Shown piece by piece: positions 19,007-29,298 of a DNA stretch of 64,000 nt (its first letter is position 1; every line of letters begins with the position of its first letter). Made by a program: the position numbers and the translations under genes. This DNA comes from an uncultured Gammaproteobacteria bacterium (GTDB taxonomy: Bacteria; Patescibacteriota; Patescibacteriia; UBA9570). Location: the NCBI GenBank assembly GCA_964385285.1, contig CAYLOJ010000001.1:24537-88536 (forward strand). Direction: 5' to 3'. Under the pieces are notes generated by a model. The model was not told the origin of the DNA, ran no database searches, and was given only the letters and a program-made list of their open reading frames with translations.

Positions 19007-19890
19007 GCGCCTTCAGCCTCCATCCAGTTCAGCTCATCCGATTCCACGTCATACCATAACGCGGAGACAGGAGTGGTGTGCTCAGCAATGACCTGGTCGC
19101 TGTAGTGTGTTGCGGCACGCGAATCGATCAGGTGTATCTCCTGGCCCTTGCTGTAGGCAAGATATGGAGTACTGCCAATCCAGGCGGCTGCAGAAATAGG
19201 TGTGCTTAGACGAATGATCGTTTCGCTATTGCTGGTGTGCAAATCAACACGCTCCAATGCAAATTGACTAACTAGTAGCATTGCGTCAGCGCGATCGGTG
19301 TATTGAATGTCTTGTGCAATTCCCAACTGACGACTTTGAATGATATTTCCACTTTGTGTTAATAACTGCACAACGCCAGACTGCCGATTTAAAACTGCAA
19401 TGGTAGATGAATCCACCGGTAAGATTTTGGTCTCATCTTTTAGAATTTCGAGTTGGGATACTGCAGCTTGAAGCGCAATCGACAAGCTATCTACCTCCAC
19501 TTCAAGCGGAGCTTTTTTCTTAGTTTGCGCTGGCTTTGTTAGTAGTGGCCAGAGTCGAAGTGGCTCAATAAGAAGCGTAGTATTGGGTTCAACTGTGAGT
19601 TCGAGATTTACCGGTTGATAGTTTGGTGCTTCAACATGTAAATGATAGATTCCTGGCAGTAGGTGCGTAAAGCTGGCTTGATGTCCGTGGTCGCTTGTTC
19701 CGACTGGCAATAACTGGATCAGCACATCATCCTTGGGTTCGACTGCAATACGAATGCTGCCAGTGGGTTGCAATTTCCAAGTATGAAAATTAAAACCATA
19801 GCCAGCACTATACAATAAAATAGCGGTCAAACCGACAGCAGACAGGCAAAATACCGCTAGAAAGATGAGTTGACGTACCCGCTTAGACAT
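18976..19890 (-). CDS. Membrane-anchored PEGA-domain-like protein
   Basis: N-terminal TM (LIFLAVFCLSAVGLTAILLY), then IRIAVEPKDDVLI...LPGIYHLHVEAPNYQPV PEGA-like beta-sandwich motif. Start set to MSKRV (19890), which sits 9 nt behind a TACAAT -10. Confidence 0.5.
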   Translation of the reverse strand: MSKRVRQLIFLAVFCLSAVGLTAILLYSAGYGFNFHTWKLQPTGSIRIAVEPKDDVLIQLLPVGTSDHGHQASFTHLLPGIYHLHVEAPNYQPVNLELTVEPNTTLLIEPLRLWPLLTKPAQTKKKAPLEVEVDSLSIALQAAVSQLEILKDETKILPVDSSTIAVLNRQSGVVQLLTQSGNIIQSRQLGIAQDIQYTDRADAMLLVSQFALERVDLHTSNSETIIRLSTPISAAAWIGSTPYLAYSKGQEIHLIDSRAATHYSDQVIAEHTTPVSALWYDVESDELNWMEAEGAYALPLRADK

Positions 19891-19898
19891 CGTAGACT
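19870..19898 (+). promoter_or_regulatory. Sigma70-like promoter TTGACG-17-TAGACT, 8 nt upstream of murA ATG 19907
   Basis: -35 19870-19875, -10 19893-19898. Lies inside the 5' end of the divergent PEGA gene. Confidence 0.45.
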
Positions 19899-19899
19899 C

Positions 19900-19926
19900 A
19901 TTGTACATGGCTAAGTTTATTATACA
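19900..19926 (-). promoter_or_regulatory. Minus-strand promoter TTGTAT-15-TACAAT, 9 nt upstream of the PEGA-gene ATG (19890)
   Basis: -10 is the rc of 19900-19905, the -35-like hexamer is the rc of 19921-19926. Lies inside the 5' end of murA, so the divergent promoters interlock. Confidence 0.3.
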
Positions 19927-21172
19927 AGGCAGAGGTCGTCTTCATGGTAGCATTGCAGTGGCAGGTGCTAAGAACCATGCACTTAAGTTATTTGCTGCAG
20001 CACTGCTTACTAAGCAGCCTGTGCATTTAAGTAATGTTCCAGAGATTGAAGACATTTTTCGTTTAAGAGAAATTTTGGAGACAATTGGTGTTGGGGTTAC
20101 ACATGAAGAAAAAGGGGAATACACACTCACTGCAAAACGAATTAACACGACCGTGTTGCCCAAAAAATTAGTACCGAAACTGCGCGCATCTATTTTGCTG
20201 AGTGGTCCTATTTTGGCTCGGTATGGCGAAGTAACATTTCCGCATCCGGGTGGTTGTTGGTTTGGTAAGCGCCCGATCAATTTATTCATTGCTGCATTTT
20301 CAGCGATGGGCGCAAAATGCGTCTATCAAAGCGGTGTGTATCGTTGCATTGCTCCCAAAGGCGGATTGCGCGGAACGCATTATATTTTTCCCATCGTGAG
20401 TGTTACGGGCACGGAGACACTCTTATTGGCTGCGGCGACAGCACACGGAACAACGGTAATTGAAAATGCTGCTCGCGAGCCGGAGGTTGCCGCACTGGCT
20501 GAATTCCTCAATGCTTGTGGTGCCCACATTACAGGTGCTGGTACCAGCACGCTAACGATTCATGGGGTAAAGCAGTTGCACGGCGGAGAAACTGTAGTGA
20601 TTCCTGATCGTATTGAGGCCCTATCCTTCATTTTTCTTGCATTAGCTGCACGTCAAAAACTTACCATCACGCAATGTCGCCCGAGTGACATTTCTGTCCC
20701 GTTGCAACTGTTAAGAGATGCCGGGGCAAAATTTGAAATTAGTGATCACCAGATTGTTGTGCTCCCATGGAAAAAATTAAAGCCGCTGCACGTTGTGACT
20801 AGGGAATATCCAGGTTTTCCAACGGATGGGCAATCACCATTAACAGTGTTGCTCACTCAGATTGCTGGCCAGAGTGAGGTAATGGAAACCATTTATTCAG
20901 ACCGACTATTTTTTACTGATATGCTCAATCGTATGGGGGCGAAAGTTACTATGCACACTTCGCAACATATTACGATTGATGGTGGTACTAAGCTGCGTGC
21001 CAAAGTTGTTGATAGCCCGGATTTGCGTGCGGGGATTGCAATGGTGATTGCTGGGATAATTGCACGAGGAACGACTGTCATTGGTAATGCTTACCAGATT
21101 GATCGTGGCTACGAAGCGATCGATACTCGACTCCGTAATATTGGAGTAAATATCCAGCGTCTAGAGGATTAG
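19907..21172 (+). CDS. murA: UDP-N-acetylglucosamine 1-carboxyvinyltransferase
   Basis: [28 protein letters not shown]..., full-length EPSP-synthase-fold MurA. Start at ATG 19907, behind a TTGACG-17-TAGACT promoter. Confidence 0.9.
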   Translation: MAKFIIQGRGRLHGSIAVAGAKNHALKLFAAALLTKQPVHLSNVPEIEDIFRLREILETIGVGVTHEEKGEYTLTAKRINTTVLPKKLVPKLRASILLSGPILARYGEVTFPHPGGCWFGKRPINLFIAAFSAMGAKCVYQSGVYRCIAPKGGLRGTHYIFPIVSVTGTETLLLAAATAHGTTVIENAAREPEVAALAEFLNACGAHITGAGTSTLTIHGVKQLHGGETVVIPDRIEALSFIFLALAARQKLTITQCRPSDISVPLQLLRDAGAKFEISDHQIVVLPWKKLKPLHVVTREYPGFPTDGQSPLTVLLTQIAGQSEVMETIYSDRLFFTDMLNRMGAKVTMHTSQHITIDGGTKLRAKVVDSPDLRAGIAMVIAGIIARGTTVIGNAYQIDRGYEAIDTRLRNIGVNIQRLED

Positions 21173-21179
21173 CGCATTA

Positions 21180-21208
21180 TTGACCAGCAATTTTTTTCCT
21201 GTTAGACT
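21180..21208 (+). promoter_or_regulatory. Sigma70-like promoter TTGACC-17-TAGACT, 8 nt upstream of ATG 21217 (S41 peptidase)
   Basis: -35 21180-21185, -10 21203-21208. Confidence 0.45.
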
Positions 21209-21216
21209 ATCACGAT

Positions 21217-22419
21217 ATGTCAGAGTCGCGTTCTGGAAAATGGTTTGTATTAGGTTTGTTCCTAATCACCCTTACAGCAGTTGCCTTTACAGGTGGCTAT
21301 GGTTTAGCGACGGTCAGACAGCAAGTGGACAAGGCTAATCCAGAGTATACTGATCCGGCTCAATCTGAGCTATTTTGGGATGTATGGGATGCCTTAAAAA
21401 CAGATTATCTTACGCAGCCTGTAGAGGACAAACAATTGTATTATGGTGCCATTAGCGGATTAGCCGCGTCGGTAAATGATCCTTACACAGTGTTTTTGGA
21501 TCCTGAACAGACTAATCTGCTACTCGATACAGTAAATGGAGCCTTTGAGGGAATTGGTGCAGAAATCGGCGAACAAGATGGTCAGATTGTTGTAGTTGCG
21601 CCACTGCCGGGAACTCCAGCAGAGAAGGCTGGTTTATTGCCCAAGGATATGATTCTTAAAATTGATGACCTAGAAACGACTGGCTTGTCTGTTGATGAGG
21701 CCATCTTTAAGATTCGTGGTGCAGAAGGAACGGATGTTAAGCTCACCATTTATCGTGAAGGCGATACGGATCTTCGTGAAGTAACTGTGCGTCGTGCCAA
21801 AATCGATTTGCCTAGTTCAACTTACACTACAGTACAAGCGGCTAGTGGAGAAAAGATTGGCGTGCTAACGATTAGCACGGTGAACGGAAACTCTGCTGAA
21901 GATGTGCGGGAATTATTAAATTCAGTTGTGCTAGAAGAGCCGGCTGGTTTAATTCTTGATTTGCGCAATAATCCAGGTGGAGTACTCAGTGATGCCATTG
22001 ATATTACTTCACTATTAATTGACAGCGGCGTAGTTGTCTCTGAACAATTCAATGATGGTACAACACGTTCATACCAAACCACTGGTCAGCCATTACTGCC
22101 AAATAAACCAAAATTGGTAGTACTGATTAATGGCGGCAGTGCATCTGCAGCCGAGATCATTGCTGGGGCCTTGCAAGATCACAATCGTGCTTGGTTAATT
22201 GGAACGACTTCATTTGGAAAAGGTGTTGTACAAGATGTTCGTGAATTTCCCGATGGCTCGGCTCTAAAGATGACGATCTCCAGTTGGTTAACGCCAAACG
22301 GGCGCACTATTCAACATACTGGCATCGAACCTGATCAAGTGGTGGATTATACAGCTGCTGAGAGTGCAGATACTCAAGATAGTCAGATGCAGGCCGCGAT
22401 CGATTACCTAGTTAAATAA
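21217..22419 (+). CDS. C-terminal processing (tail-specific) peptidase, S41 family, with PDZ domain
   Basis: N-terminal TM anchor. GIGAEIG...VVVAPLPGTPAEKAGL PDZ domain. ILDLRNNPGG and S41 catalytic region. Confidence 0.85.
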   Translation: MSESRSGKWFVLGLFLITLTAVAFTGGYGLATVRQQVDKANPEYTDPAQSELFWDVWDALKTDYLTQPVEDKQLYYGAISGLAASVNDPYTVFLDPEQTNLLLDTVNGAFEGIGAEIGEQDGQIVVVAPLPGTPAEKAGLLPKDMILKIDDLETTGLSVDEAIFKIRGAEGTDVKLTIYREGDTDLREVTVRRAKIDLPSSTYTTVQAASGEKIGVLTISTVNGNSAEDVRELLNSVVLEEPAGLILDLRNNPGGVLSDAIDITSLLIDSGVVVSEQFNDGTTRSYQTTGQPLLPNKPKLVVLINGGSASAAEIIAGALQDHNRAWLIGTTSFGKGVVQDVREFPDGSALKMTISSWLTPNGRTIQHTGIEPDQVVDYTAAESADTQDSQMQAAIDYLVK

Positions 22420-22449
22420 TACGACTAATTAATAAGTAATACTGATTTT

Positions 22450-22869
22450 ATGCAAGTCATCATGGTCAAAACAGGAGAAATGAAACAGGTTCCAGACGGA
22501 TATGCGCGCAATTATTTGCTTCCCAATAAGTTAGCAACGGCTGCCACAGATGCCAATGTTGAAGAGGCTAAGGTGATCCAGGCAAAGCACCTTGCCGATC
22601 AACAAGCGCGTCAAGCAGAATACGCTCAACTTGGTAAGACATTAATGAATCTGAAACTGGAGATCGCAGCCGCTGCCAATGAACAAGGAAAATTGTTTGC
22701 TGCTCTGAAGGCCAGTGATGTTGTGAAGCAATTAACAGAGCATAAACTTGCCATTAGTGAAGAGATGATTAAAATGCCTGCTATCAAACACACCGGAGAC
22801 TACAAAGTTACTGTACGCATTCCAGAGCAAGCATCCGTCGAAGTGACTTTAGTAGTTAAAGCAGCGTAA
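22450..22869 (+). CDS. rplI: 50S ribosomal protein L9
   Basis: MQVIMVK...DGYARNYLLPNKLA, L9 N-domain signature. Confidence 0.85.
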   Translation: MQVIMVKTGEMKQVPDGYARNYLLPNKLATAATDANVEEAKVIQAKHLADQQARQAEYAQLGKTLMNLKLEIAAAANEQGKLFAALKASDVVKQLTEHKLAISEEMIKMPAIKHTGDYKVTVRIPEQASVEVTLVVKAA

Positions 22870-22882
22870 CGCTTCAGAGATT

Positions 22883-24514
22883 ATGGCCAAAAAAAATCCA
22901 AAATATATATTCGTAGTGGGTGGTGTTATGTCCAGTGTGGGTAAGGGCGTGACCTCCGCAAGCATCGGGCGAATTCTCCAGTCCAAAGGATTGCGTGTAA
23001 CAGCCGTCAAAGCTGATCCTTACATTAACTTGGATGCCGGCACCATGAATCCAACCGAACATGGCGAAGTATTTGTAACAGAAGATCGTGATGAAACTGA
23101 TCAGGACATTGGTAACTATGAGCGGTTCTTGAATACTGATGTGCTCTCGGTAAACTATATGACCACTGGCCGTGTCTACGATACCGTCATTCGTAAGGAG
23201 CGCAATCTAGAGTATAAAGGAGCATGTGTAGAAGTAGTGCCACATATTCCTGAGGAAATTATTAGTCGTATCCGCGAGGCGCAACGTCAAGCTAACGCAG
23301 ACGTCACGATTATTGAGGTTGGTGGAACAATTGGAGAATATCAGAACATTCTATTCTTGGAAGCAGCACGCATGATGCACACGCGTTATCCGGACGACGT
23401 CTGTTTTATGCTGGTTAGCTATATGCCGATCCCTGAACGTGTTGGTGAGATGAAAACAAAGCCGACGCAATCTGCGGCGCGCGCATTGAACACAGCCGGG
23501 ATCCAAGCTGATTTTATTATCTGTCGCGCTGCACGTCCGTTGGATCAAAAACGTCAAGAAAAGCTAGCAATTTTTTGTGGCATCTCTCCTGATCATGCAA
23601 TTTCAGCACCGGATGTAGATATGATCTATCAGATTCCTCAAGTCTTTGAGCAGCAAAAACTGGGTGACAAGATACTCAAACAATTGAAGTTAAAGCCGGC
23701 TGTTACGAAAATGACCGAGTGGAATTCAATGGTCAATCGAGCCTTGAAAGTCACTAAGCCACTGCGCATAGCTGTGGTAGGTAAGTACTTTGGAACAGGC
23801 GACTATACATTGGCGGATTCCTATATTTCCGTGATTGAAGCACTTAAACACGCCGCTTGGTCACAGCACCGCAAGCCACAACTTACTTGGATCGATTCAG
23901 AAGTCTACGAAAAAACTCCAAGTAAAGTGAAGGAACTTAGTCAGTATGACGGGGTCATTGTACCTGGTGGTTTTGGTAGTCGTGGGATCGAAGGGATTAT
24001 TTCTGCCATTCAATATGTACGTACACACAATATTCCATACCTAGGACTGTGCTATGGCATGCAACTGGCAATGGTAGAAATTGCACGCCATGAAGCTGGA
24101 TTGACACAAGCGACGACGGTTGAAATTGATGCAAAATCTAAGCAACCGATTATTCACATCAATCCGAAGCAATTTGAAAATGTAAAATTGAATCGCTATG
24201 GTGGAACGATGCGTTTAGGTGCATTCCGTTGCACAGTGAAAAAAGGCACAAAAGCCTTTGCTGCCTATGGAAAAACCGAAATCTCCGAGCGCCATCGCCA
24301 TCGCTATGAATTTAACAATACGTATCGTGGTGCGCTGGAGGCTGCAGGCGTTGTTTTTTCAGGCATCAACCCCGAACAAGATTTAGTGGAAATTGCAGAA
24401 TATAAAAAACATCCTTGGTTTATCGGCACGCAGTTTCATCCCGAATTAAAATCTCGTCCGCTGGACCCACATCCTCTGTATGTTGGTTTTGTGAAAGCCT
24501 GTATTAAACGCTAA
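22883..24514 (+). CDS. pyrG: CTP synthase
   Basis: KYIFVVGGVMSSVGKGVTSASIG... synthetase domain plus a C-terminal class-I glutamine amidotransferase domain (GLCYGMQ). Confidence 0.95.
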   Translation: MAKKNPKYIFVVGGVMSSVGKGVTSASIGRILQSKGLRVTAVKADPYINLDAGTMNPTEHGEVFVTEDRDETDQDIGNYERFLNTDVLSVNYMTTGRVYDTVIRKERNLEYKGACVEVVPHIPEEIISRIREAQRQANADVTIIEVGGTIGEYQNILFLEAARMMHTRYPDDVCFMLVSYMPIPERVGEMKTKPTQSAARALNTAGIQADFIICRAARPLDQKRQEKLAIFCGISPDHAISAPDVDMIYQIPQVFEQQKLGDKILKQLKLKPAVTKMTEWNSMVNRALKVTKPLRIAVVGKYFGTGDYTLADSYISVIEALKHAAWSQHRKPQLTWIDSEVYEKTPSKVKELSQYDGVIVPGGFGSRGIEGIISAIQYVRTHNIPYLGLCYGMQLAMVEIARHEAGLTQATTVEIDAKSKQPIIHINPKQFENVKLNRYGGTMRLGAFRCTVKKGTKAFAAYGKTEISERHRHRYEFNNTYRGALEAAGVVFSGINPEQDLVEIAEYKKHPWFIGTQFHPELKSRPLDPHPLYVGFVKACIKR

Positions 24515-24530
24515 AAAAATATTTGGGGGT

Positions 24531-24572
24531 AAAAACAATAGAGCCGCGATTTCTCGCGGCTCTATTTGTGTT
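24531..24572. terminator. Bidirectional rho-independent terminator between convergent pyrG and rpmA
   Basis: Hairpin GAGCCGCG-ATTTCT-CGCGGCTC (24541-24562), flanked by an A-run (24531-24540) and a T-run (TATTTGTGTT). Confidence 0.7.
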
Positions 24573-24592
24573 GAATTTATAGGTGGAGCTAA

Positions 24593-24874
24593 CTATTTGG
24601 CAGCTGTTATACTAACAAACTGGCGGCGAACTACTTTTCCGGTAAAGTTCTTCACTTTGCGGATAGTAAACTGCACGGCCCCTGCCTTAGCGGCATATAA
24701 CGTGTCGTCTTCACCACGGCGAACATTTTTGCCTGGATGAAATTTAGTACCACGTTGGCGCACAATCACTTCTCCCGGTTTTACAGTTTGGCCACCATAA
24801 GCCTTAACGCCAAGACGTTTCGAAACGGAATCTCGACCTAGGGCTGTTGATCCACCTGCTTTTGTATGTGCCAT
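24593..24874 (-). CDS. rpmA: 50S ribosomal protein L27
   Basis: [29 protein letters not shown]... Confidence 0.95.
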   Translation of the reverse strand: MAHTKAGGSTALGRDSVSKRLGVKAYGGQTVKPGEVIVRQRGTKFHPGKNVRRGEDDTLYAAKAGAVQFTIRKVKNFTGKVVRRQFVSITAAK

Positions 24875-24882
24875 ACCGCCGG

Positions 24883-24911
24883 ATTGTACCAGGGCTGAAA
24901 ACCCTTGTCAA
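24883..24911 (-). promoter_or_regulatory. Consensus sigma70 promoter TTGACA-17-TACAAT, 8 nt upstream of rpmA ATG (24874)
   Basis: -35 is the rc of 24906-24911, -10 is the rc of 24883-24888. Predicted TSS lies at or 1 nt before the start codon. Confidence 0.5.
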
Positions 24912-24940
24912 CTTGGTCAGAATCAGCCATACTAGAGCCT

Positions 24941-25636
24941 ATGTTTACATTAACCGGACAACATTTTAACGAAATTTTACGCTATCCGTTCACTGGGAAG
25001 GATTGGTTTGTCAAAATCAGCTTGCAAGGTGCCCTTATTATTATGCTCTGCCCATTTTTAATTGGCATTCCCTTATTATCTGGATTCGTAGCGGCACATA
25101 CACAGCGCGGTATTAAAGGTACCAACGACTATCCGGATTGGAAAGATTGGGGATTGTATTGGACACTAGGTTGGAAAATATTGGCTGCGAATTTATTGTA
25201 TTACCTTCCGTTTTTATTTCTTATTGGTGTCTATTTATTGATTATTCTAGTGCCCATTGCAATCGGCGCAGCAACAAACTCGCCTGACTTAGTCGTCTTA
25301 GGTAGTGTCCTGGGTTCAATGGGAATGTTCGTGCTCTACCCACTGATGTTTGTCTATCTGATCTTTTACATCCCGATTCAGATGGCAGTTGGTGCGAAGA
25401 TTGCTGCTGGCGCAAAATTTAGTCAAGCAGTAGATTGGAAGCAGTATATTTGGCCATACATTAAATCGAATGGTCTACACTTGCTCGTGATCTATCTGAT
25501 TGGCTACTTTGCTTCTCTCTTGTCCATGGTCGGTATGGTGGCATTATTTGCAGGCATTCTACTGACAATGCCACTCTCCTTTGCTCTGATGGGCTACGCA
25601 CATGGCGTAGGCTATCGCTTATCAACTGTGAAATAG
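24941..25636 (+). CDS. Hypothetical polytopic membrane protein (DUF4013-like)
   Basis: Several TM helices. Start set to ATG 24941; the TTG-initiated extension in the track would overlap the rpmA promoter. Confidence 0.4.
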   Translation: MFTLTGQHFNEILRYPFTGKDWFVKISLQGALIIMLCPFLIGIPLLSGFVAAHTQRGIKGTNDYPDWKDWGLYWTLGWKILAANLLYYLPFLFLIGVYLLIILVPIAIGAATNSPDLVVLGSVLGSMGMFVLYPLMFVYLIFYIPIQMAVGAKIAAGAKFSQAVDWKQYIWPYIKSNGLHLLVIYLIGYFASLLSMVGMVALFAGILLTMPLSFALMGYAHGVGYRLSTVK

Positions 25637-25650
25637 AATTTTAGGATTGT

Positions 25651-26943
25651 ATGGAGATGGAAAAAATAGTATCCCTTGCTAAGCAACGTGGGTTTATCTA
25701 CCCAGGTAGCGAGATTTATGGTGGGTTAGCCAATTCCTGGGATTACGGCCCGCTTGGAGCGCAGATGCGCATGAATATCAAGCGAGCTTGGTGGCGCGAT
25801 GTCGTAGAACAACGCATGGACATGTATGGTTTGGATGGTGCCATTTTAATGAATCCAAAAGTCTGGGAAGCCAGTGGACATGTCGCTACATTTCATGATC
25901 CGTTAGTTGAATGCGCAAAGTGCCGACATCGTTTTCGTGCGGATCAAATTTCTAGCACTAGCTGTCCGGATTGCGGCGGAACCTTATCTGCTCCGCGAGA
26001 ATTTAATTTGATGTTCAAAACTCAGATTGGCCCGGTCAGTGAGCAAGGTACCACGGTCTATTTGCGACCAGAAACCGCCCAGGCCATGTTCGTCAATTTT
26101 AAGAATGTCATGCAATCGATTCGTCCGCGCTTGCCATTTGGGTTAGCACAAATTGGTAAAGCCTTTCGCAACGAGATTACGCCCGGGAATTACATTTTCC
26201 GCACACTCGAGTTTGAACAAATGGAAATCGAATATTTTATTGAGCCAACGGATTGGGAAAGTACCTTTGAAACTTGGAAGCAGTGGATGTTGAACTGGGC
26301 GAAAAGCATTGGTATTAATCTTGAAAAAATGCACGAACTGGAAGTGCCAGCCGAAGAGCGCGCACATTATTCCAAGCGCACTGTTGATTTTGAATTTGAT
26401 TTCCCCTTTGGTCGCAAAGAATTGTGGGGGTTGGCCTATCGCACTGATTTTGACCTGAGTAATCACAGCCAAGCCTCTGGTGAAAGATTAGAGTACACCG
26501 ATCCAATGGATCCAAAGCGTCGTTTCGTTCCTCATGTGATTGAACCGACCATGGGTGTAGATCGTACATTGCTGGCAATGTTAATCAGTGCCTATGATGA
26601 AGAAGAGGTGAATGGCGAAACTCGTGTCGTATTGCGTCTGACCAAAGAGATGGCGCCTTATCAAGTAGCCGTTCTTCCGTTATCCAAAAAAGACGAGTTA
26701 AAGGCCGTAGCGCAGCCGCTATATGCCCAGCTGATCAAATCATTCCGCTGTGAGTACGATGAAACCCAAAGCATTGGGAAACGCTACCGCCGTCAGGATG
26801 AAATTGGCACACCATTTTGTATCACTGTTGATTTCGATTCATTAAATGATCAGCAGGTGACAATTCGTGAACGTGATTCAATGCAACAAATTCGTTTGCC
26901 TTTAAACCAAGTAATGACTTATCTCCATGAGCACGGTCTCTAA
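25651..26943 (+). CDS. glyQS: Glycine--tRNA ligase, alpha2 (archaeal/eukaryotic-like) type
   Basis: [24 protein letters not shown] signature. Class-II motifs and a C-terminal anticodon-binding domain. Confidence 0.9.
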   Translation: MEMEKIVSLAKQRGFIYPGSEIYGGLANSWDYGPLGAQMRMNIKRAWWRDVVEQRMDMYGLDGAILMNPKVWEASGHVATFHDPLVECAKCRHRFRADQISSTSCPDCGGTLSAPREFNLMFKTQIGPVSEQGTTVYLRPETAQAMFVNFKNVMQSIRPRLPFGLAQIGKAFRNEITPGNYIFRTLEFEQMEIEYFIEPTDWESTFETWKQWMLNWAKSIGINLEKMHELEVPAEERAHYSKRTVDFEFDFPFGRKELWGLAYRTDFDLSNHSQASGERLEYTDPMDPKRRFVPHVIEPTMGVDRTLLAMLISAYDEEEVNGETRVVLRLTKEMAPYQVAVLPLSKKDELKAVAQPLYAQLIKSFRCEYDETQSIGKRYRRQDEIGTPFCITVDFDSLNDQQVTIRERDSMQQIRLPLNQVMTYLHEHGL

Positions 26944-28204
26944 AAAAGTATTGTCAAATAAGCTAACCGTTTTAACCATTCCGCAGCCAGGCACAGAAAC
27001 CGTAACGGTCATGGTGCTGGTACCCGTAGGTTCGCGTCATGAAAATCCAAGTAATAATGGGATTTCGCATTTCTTAGAGCACTTAATGTTTAAAGGTACG
27101 GAGCGTCGTCCTAGTACCTTAGAGCTGACCAAACAATTAGACGCGGTTGGTGCTGAGTACAATGCCTTTACCTCAAAAGATATCACGCTTTACTATATTA
27201 AGGTCGCAGCTAATCAATTGGAATTAGCATTAGATCTCTTTTCTGACATGTTATTCCACTCACTGTTTGACCCTGCTGAAATTGATCGCGAGCGGGGAGT
27301 GATTTTGGAAGAACTCAATATGTACGAAGACAACCCTTTGATGCATGTTGATACGGTGTTTGAGATGTCGTTGTTCGGAGAGCATAATCCCATTGGTTAT
27401 GATATTGGTGGTAAGAAAGATAATATCCGTAACTTGCCACGCCAAGCTTTTATTGATTACAAAAAACGTCACTATTCTCCGGCCGCTATGCATCTTGTGA
27501 TTGCTGGTAATATTGATAAGCGCGCTAACAAATGGATCAAACAGTACTTTGCGGATCAACCAGCCGGCAAAGGCAAACCATCCTTTGAACGGTTTAAATC
27601 GTATCAGCATAAGATTCAGTTTCGTCACAAATATAAAGATACACAGCAAACTCAAATTGCATTAGGTGTTGAAGCAATTGGATTAAAACGCCCACAAGAT
27701 ATGGCTACCTTATCTGTGCTCTCGACTATCCTAGGTGGAAATATGAGCTCTCGTTTGTTTATCTCTATTCGCGAACGACAAGGCTTATGCTATGTCATTC
27801 ATAGCGATGTTAGTCCCTACGTGGACACTGGCGCATTGATGATTCAGGCGGGTGTAGACAATCAGCGTGTAGAACCGGCAATCGTAGCAATTGTTGAAGA
27901 GTTAAATAAAATTAAAGGTGAATTAGTCAGTACGGAGGAACTGCACAATGCACAGACCTGTATCGTTGGGCACACAGCTTTGAAAATGGAGGATTCTTCA
28001 GCGCTTGCGGGCTTCTACGGTAAACAGTCTGTATTGTTGGGAGAAATGCGCACACCTAAGCAAAAACTAGCCATGATCAACCAGGTCACACGTGAAGATA
28101 TTCGACGAATGGCTCAACATTTGCTAAAGTTAGAAAAGTTAAATATTGCTAGCATTGGCCCTCAATCTTCGCTTACGGGGGTGGCTAAGCAACTAAGTCT
28201 ATAG
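26927..28204 (+). CDS. M16-family (pitrilysin/insulinase-like) zinc peptidase
   Basis: [11 protein letters not shown] inverted HxxEH zinc motif. About 425 aa with the two-domain M16 layout. Confidence 0.85.
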   Translation: MSTVSKKVLSNKLTVLTIPQPGTETVTVMVLVPVGSRHENPSNNGISHFLEHLMFKGTERRPSTLELTKQLDAVGAEYNAFTSKDITLYYIKVAANQLELALDLFSDMLFHSLFDPAEIDRERGVILEELNMYEDNPLMHVDTVFEMSLFGEHNPIGYDIGGKKDNIRNLPRQAFIDYKKRHYSPAAMHLVIAGNIDKRANKWIKQYFADQPAGKGKPSFERFKSYQHKIQFRHKYKDTQQTQIALGVEAIGLKRPQDMATLSVLSTILGGNMSSRLFISIRERQGLCYVIHSDVSPYVDTGALMIQAGVDNQRVEPAIVAIVEELNKIKGELVSTEELHNAQTCIVGHTALKMEDSSALAGFYGKQSVLLGEMRTPKQKLAMINQVTREDIRRMAQHLLKLEKLNIASIGPQSSLTGVAKQLSL

Positions 28205-28215
28205 CTGACCATTCC

Positions 28216-29280
28216 ATGATCGAATCGCGTCAACCGCTACACGTCAACATTTCTAGCCTTACGATTATCAAGGTAGTACTGGTTGGAATTGGATTAGTCT
28301 TACTGTGGTTAGTGCGTGATGTGTTGGCGATGATTTTTGTCGCTTGGGTACTCTCCATGGCGCTACACCCGTGGGTAGATTGGCTGCAGCGTCATCATGT
28401 GCCTCGGTCACTTGGGATTTTATCCGTATATGTTACAGCGCTGGCGGTTCTCACAACTGTATTGATCTTACTCGTGCCACCAGTCACTGCTGAACTGACC
28501 AGTATTAGTCAGAATTTCCCGACGTATTATGCACCGATTCAGGCAGCATTAGAGAGTGTCCGCCAAACTGGGGAGACCTTTGGTTTACTAGAAACACTTC
28601 GTCAAACTTTAAACACTACCGTTCAAGGCGTATCTCAGCTATCTTCAGGAATCTATTCAGCGGTTTCATCCATTTTTACCGGCATTATTACGCTAGTCGG
28701 AATTTTGGTAATTGCTTTTTATATGACTAGCGAAGAAGATGGGATCAAAAAGTTTGTCCAATCTATTTCGCCGATCAATTATCAACCTTATATATTACAT
28801 AAATTGACTCAGATCCAGCACCGTTTGAGTAATTGGATGTGGGGACAGTTTGTCCTGATGATTTTCGTTGGTACATTAACGGGATTGGCGCTGTGGATTT
28901 TAGGTGTTAAATATGCCTTGGTGCTCGGTATCCTGGCTGGCTTACTAGAGTTCATTCCGGTGATCGGACCAACACTTGCTGCGGTTCCAGCGATCTTTTT
29001 TGCCTTCACAGATTTTGCGCACACGCCCTATAAGCCGTTTATTGTGCTGATTATGTTTATCATCATTCAGCAAGTAGAGAATCAGCTGTTAGTGCCGCGC
29101 GTGATGAAGCGGGCTACTGGGTTGAATCCGATCATCATTATTATCTCCTTATTGGTTGGTGCTAAGCTGGGTGGCTTTATTGGTGTGGTGCTTTCCGTGC
29201 CCTCAGTAGCCATTATTGATGTCTTTTTAGCTGACTTTCTATCTAAAAAACAAGAAGAGCAGAATCGTCTGGAGGCTTAA
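28216..29280 (+). CDS. AI-2E family transporter (UPF0118 / PerM-like)
   Basis: Polytopic membrane protein with a conserved C-terminal region (...QVENQLLVPRVM...). Confidence 0.65.
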   Translation: MIESRQPLHVNISSLTIIKVVLVGIGLVLLWLVRDVLAMIFVAWVLSMALHPWVDWLQRHHVPRSLGILSVYVTALAVLTTVLILLVPPVTAELTSISQNFPTYYAPIQAALESVRQTGETFGLLETLRQTLNTTVQGVSQLSSGIYSAVSSIFTGIITLVGILVIAFYMTSEEDGIKKFVQSISPINYQPYILHKLTQIQHRLSNWMWGQFVLMIFVGTLTGLALWILGVKYALVLGILAGLLEFIPVIGPTLAAVPAIFFAFTDFAHTPYKPFIVLIMFIIIQQVENQLLVPRVMKRATGLNPIIIIISLLVGAKLGGFIGVVLSVPSVAIIDVFLADFLSKKQEEQNRLEA

Positions 29281-29298
29281 TCTGTATTAATCTTTAGT

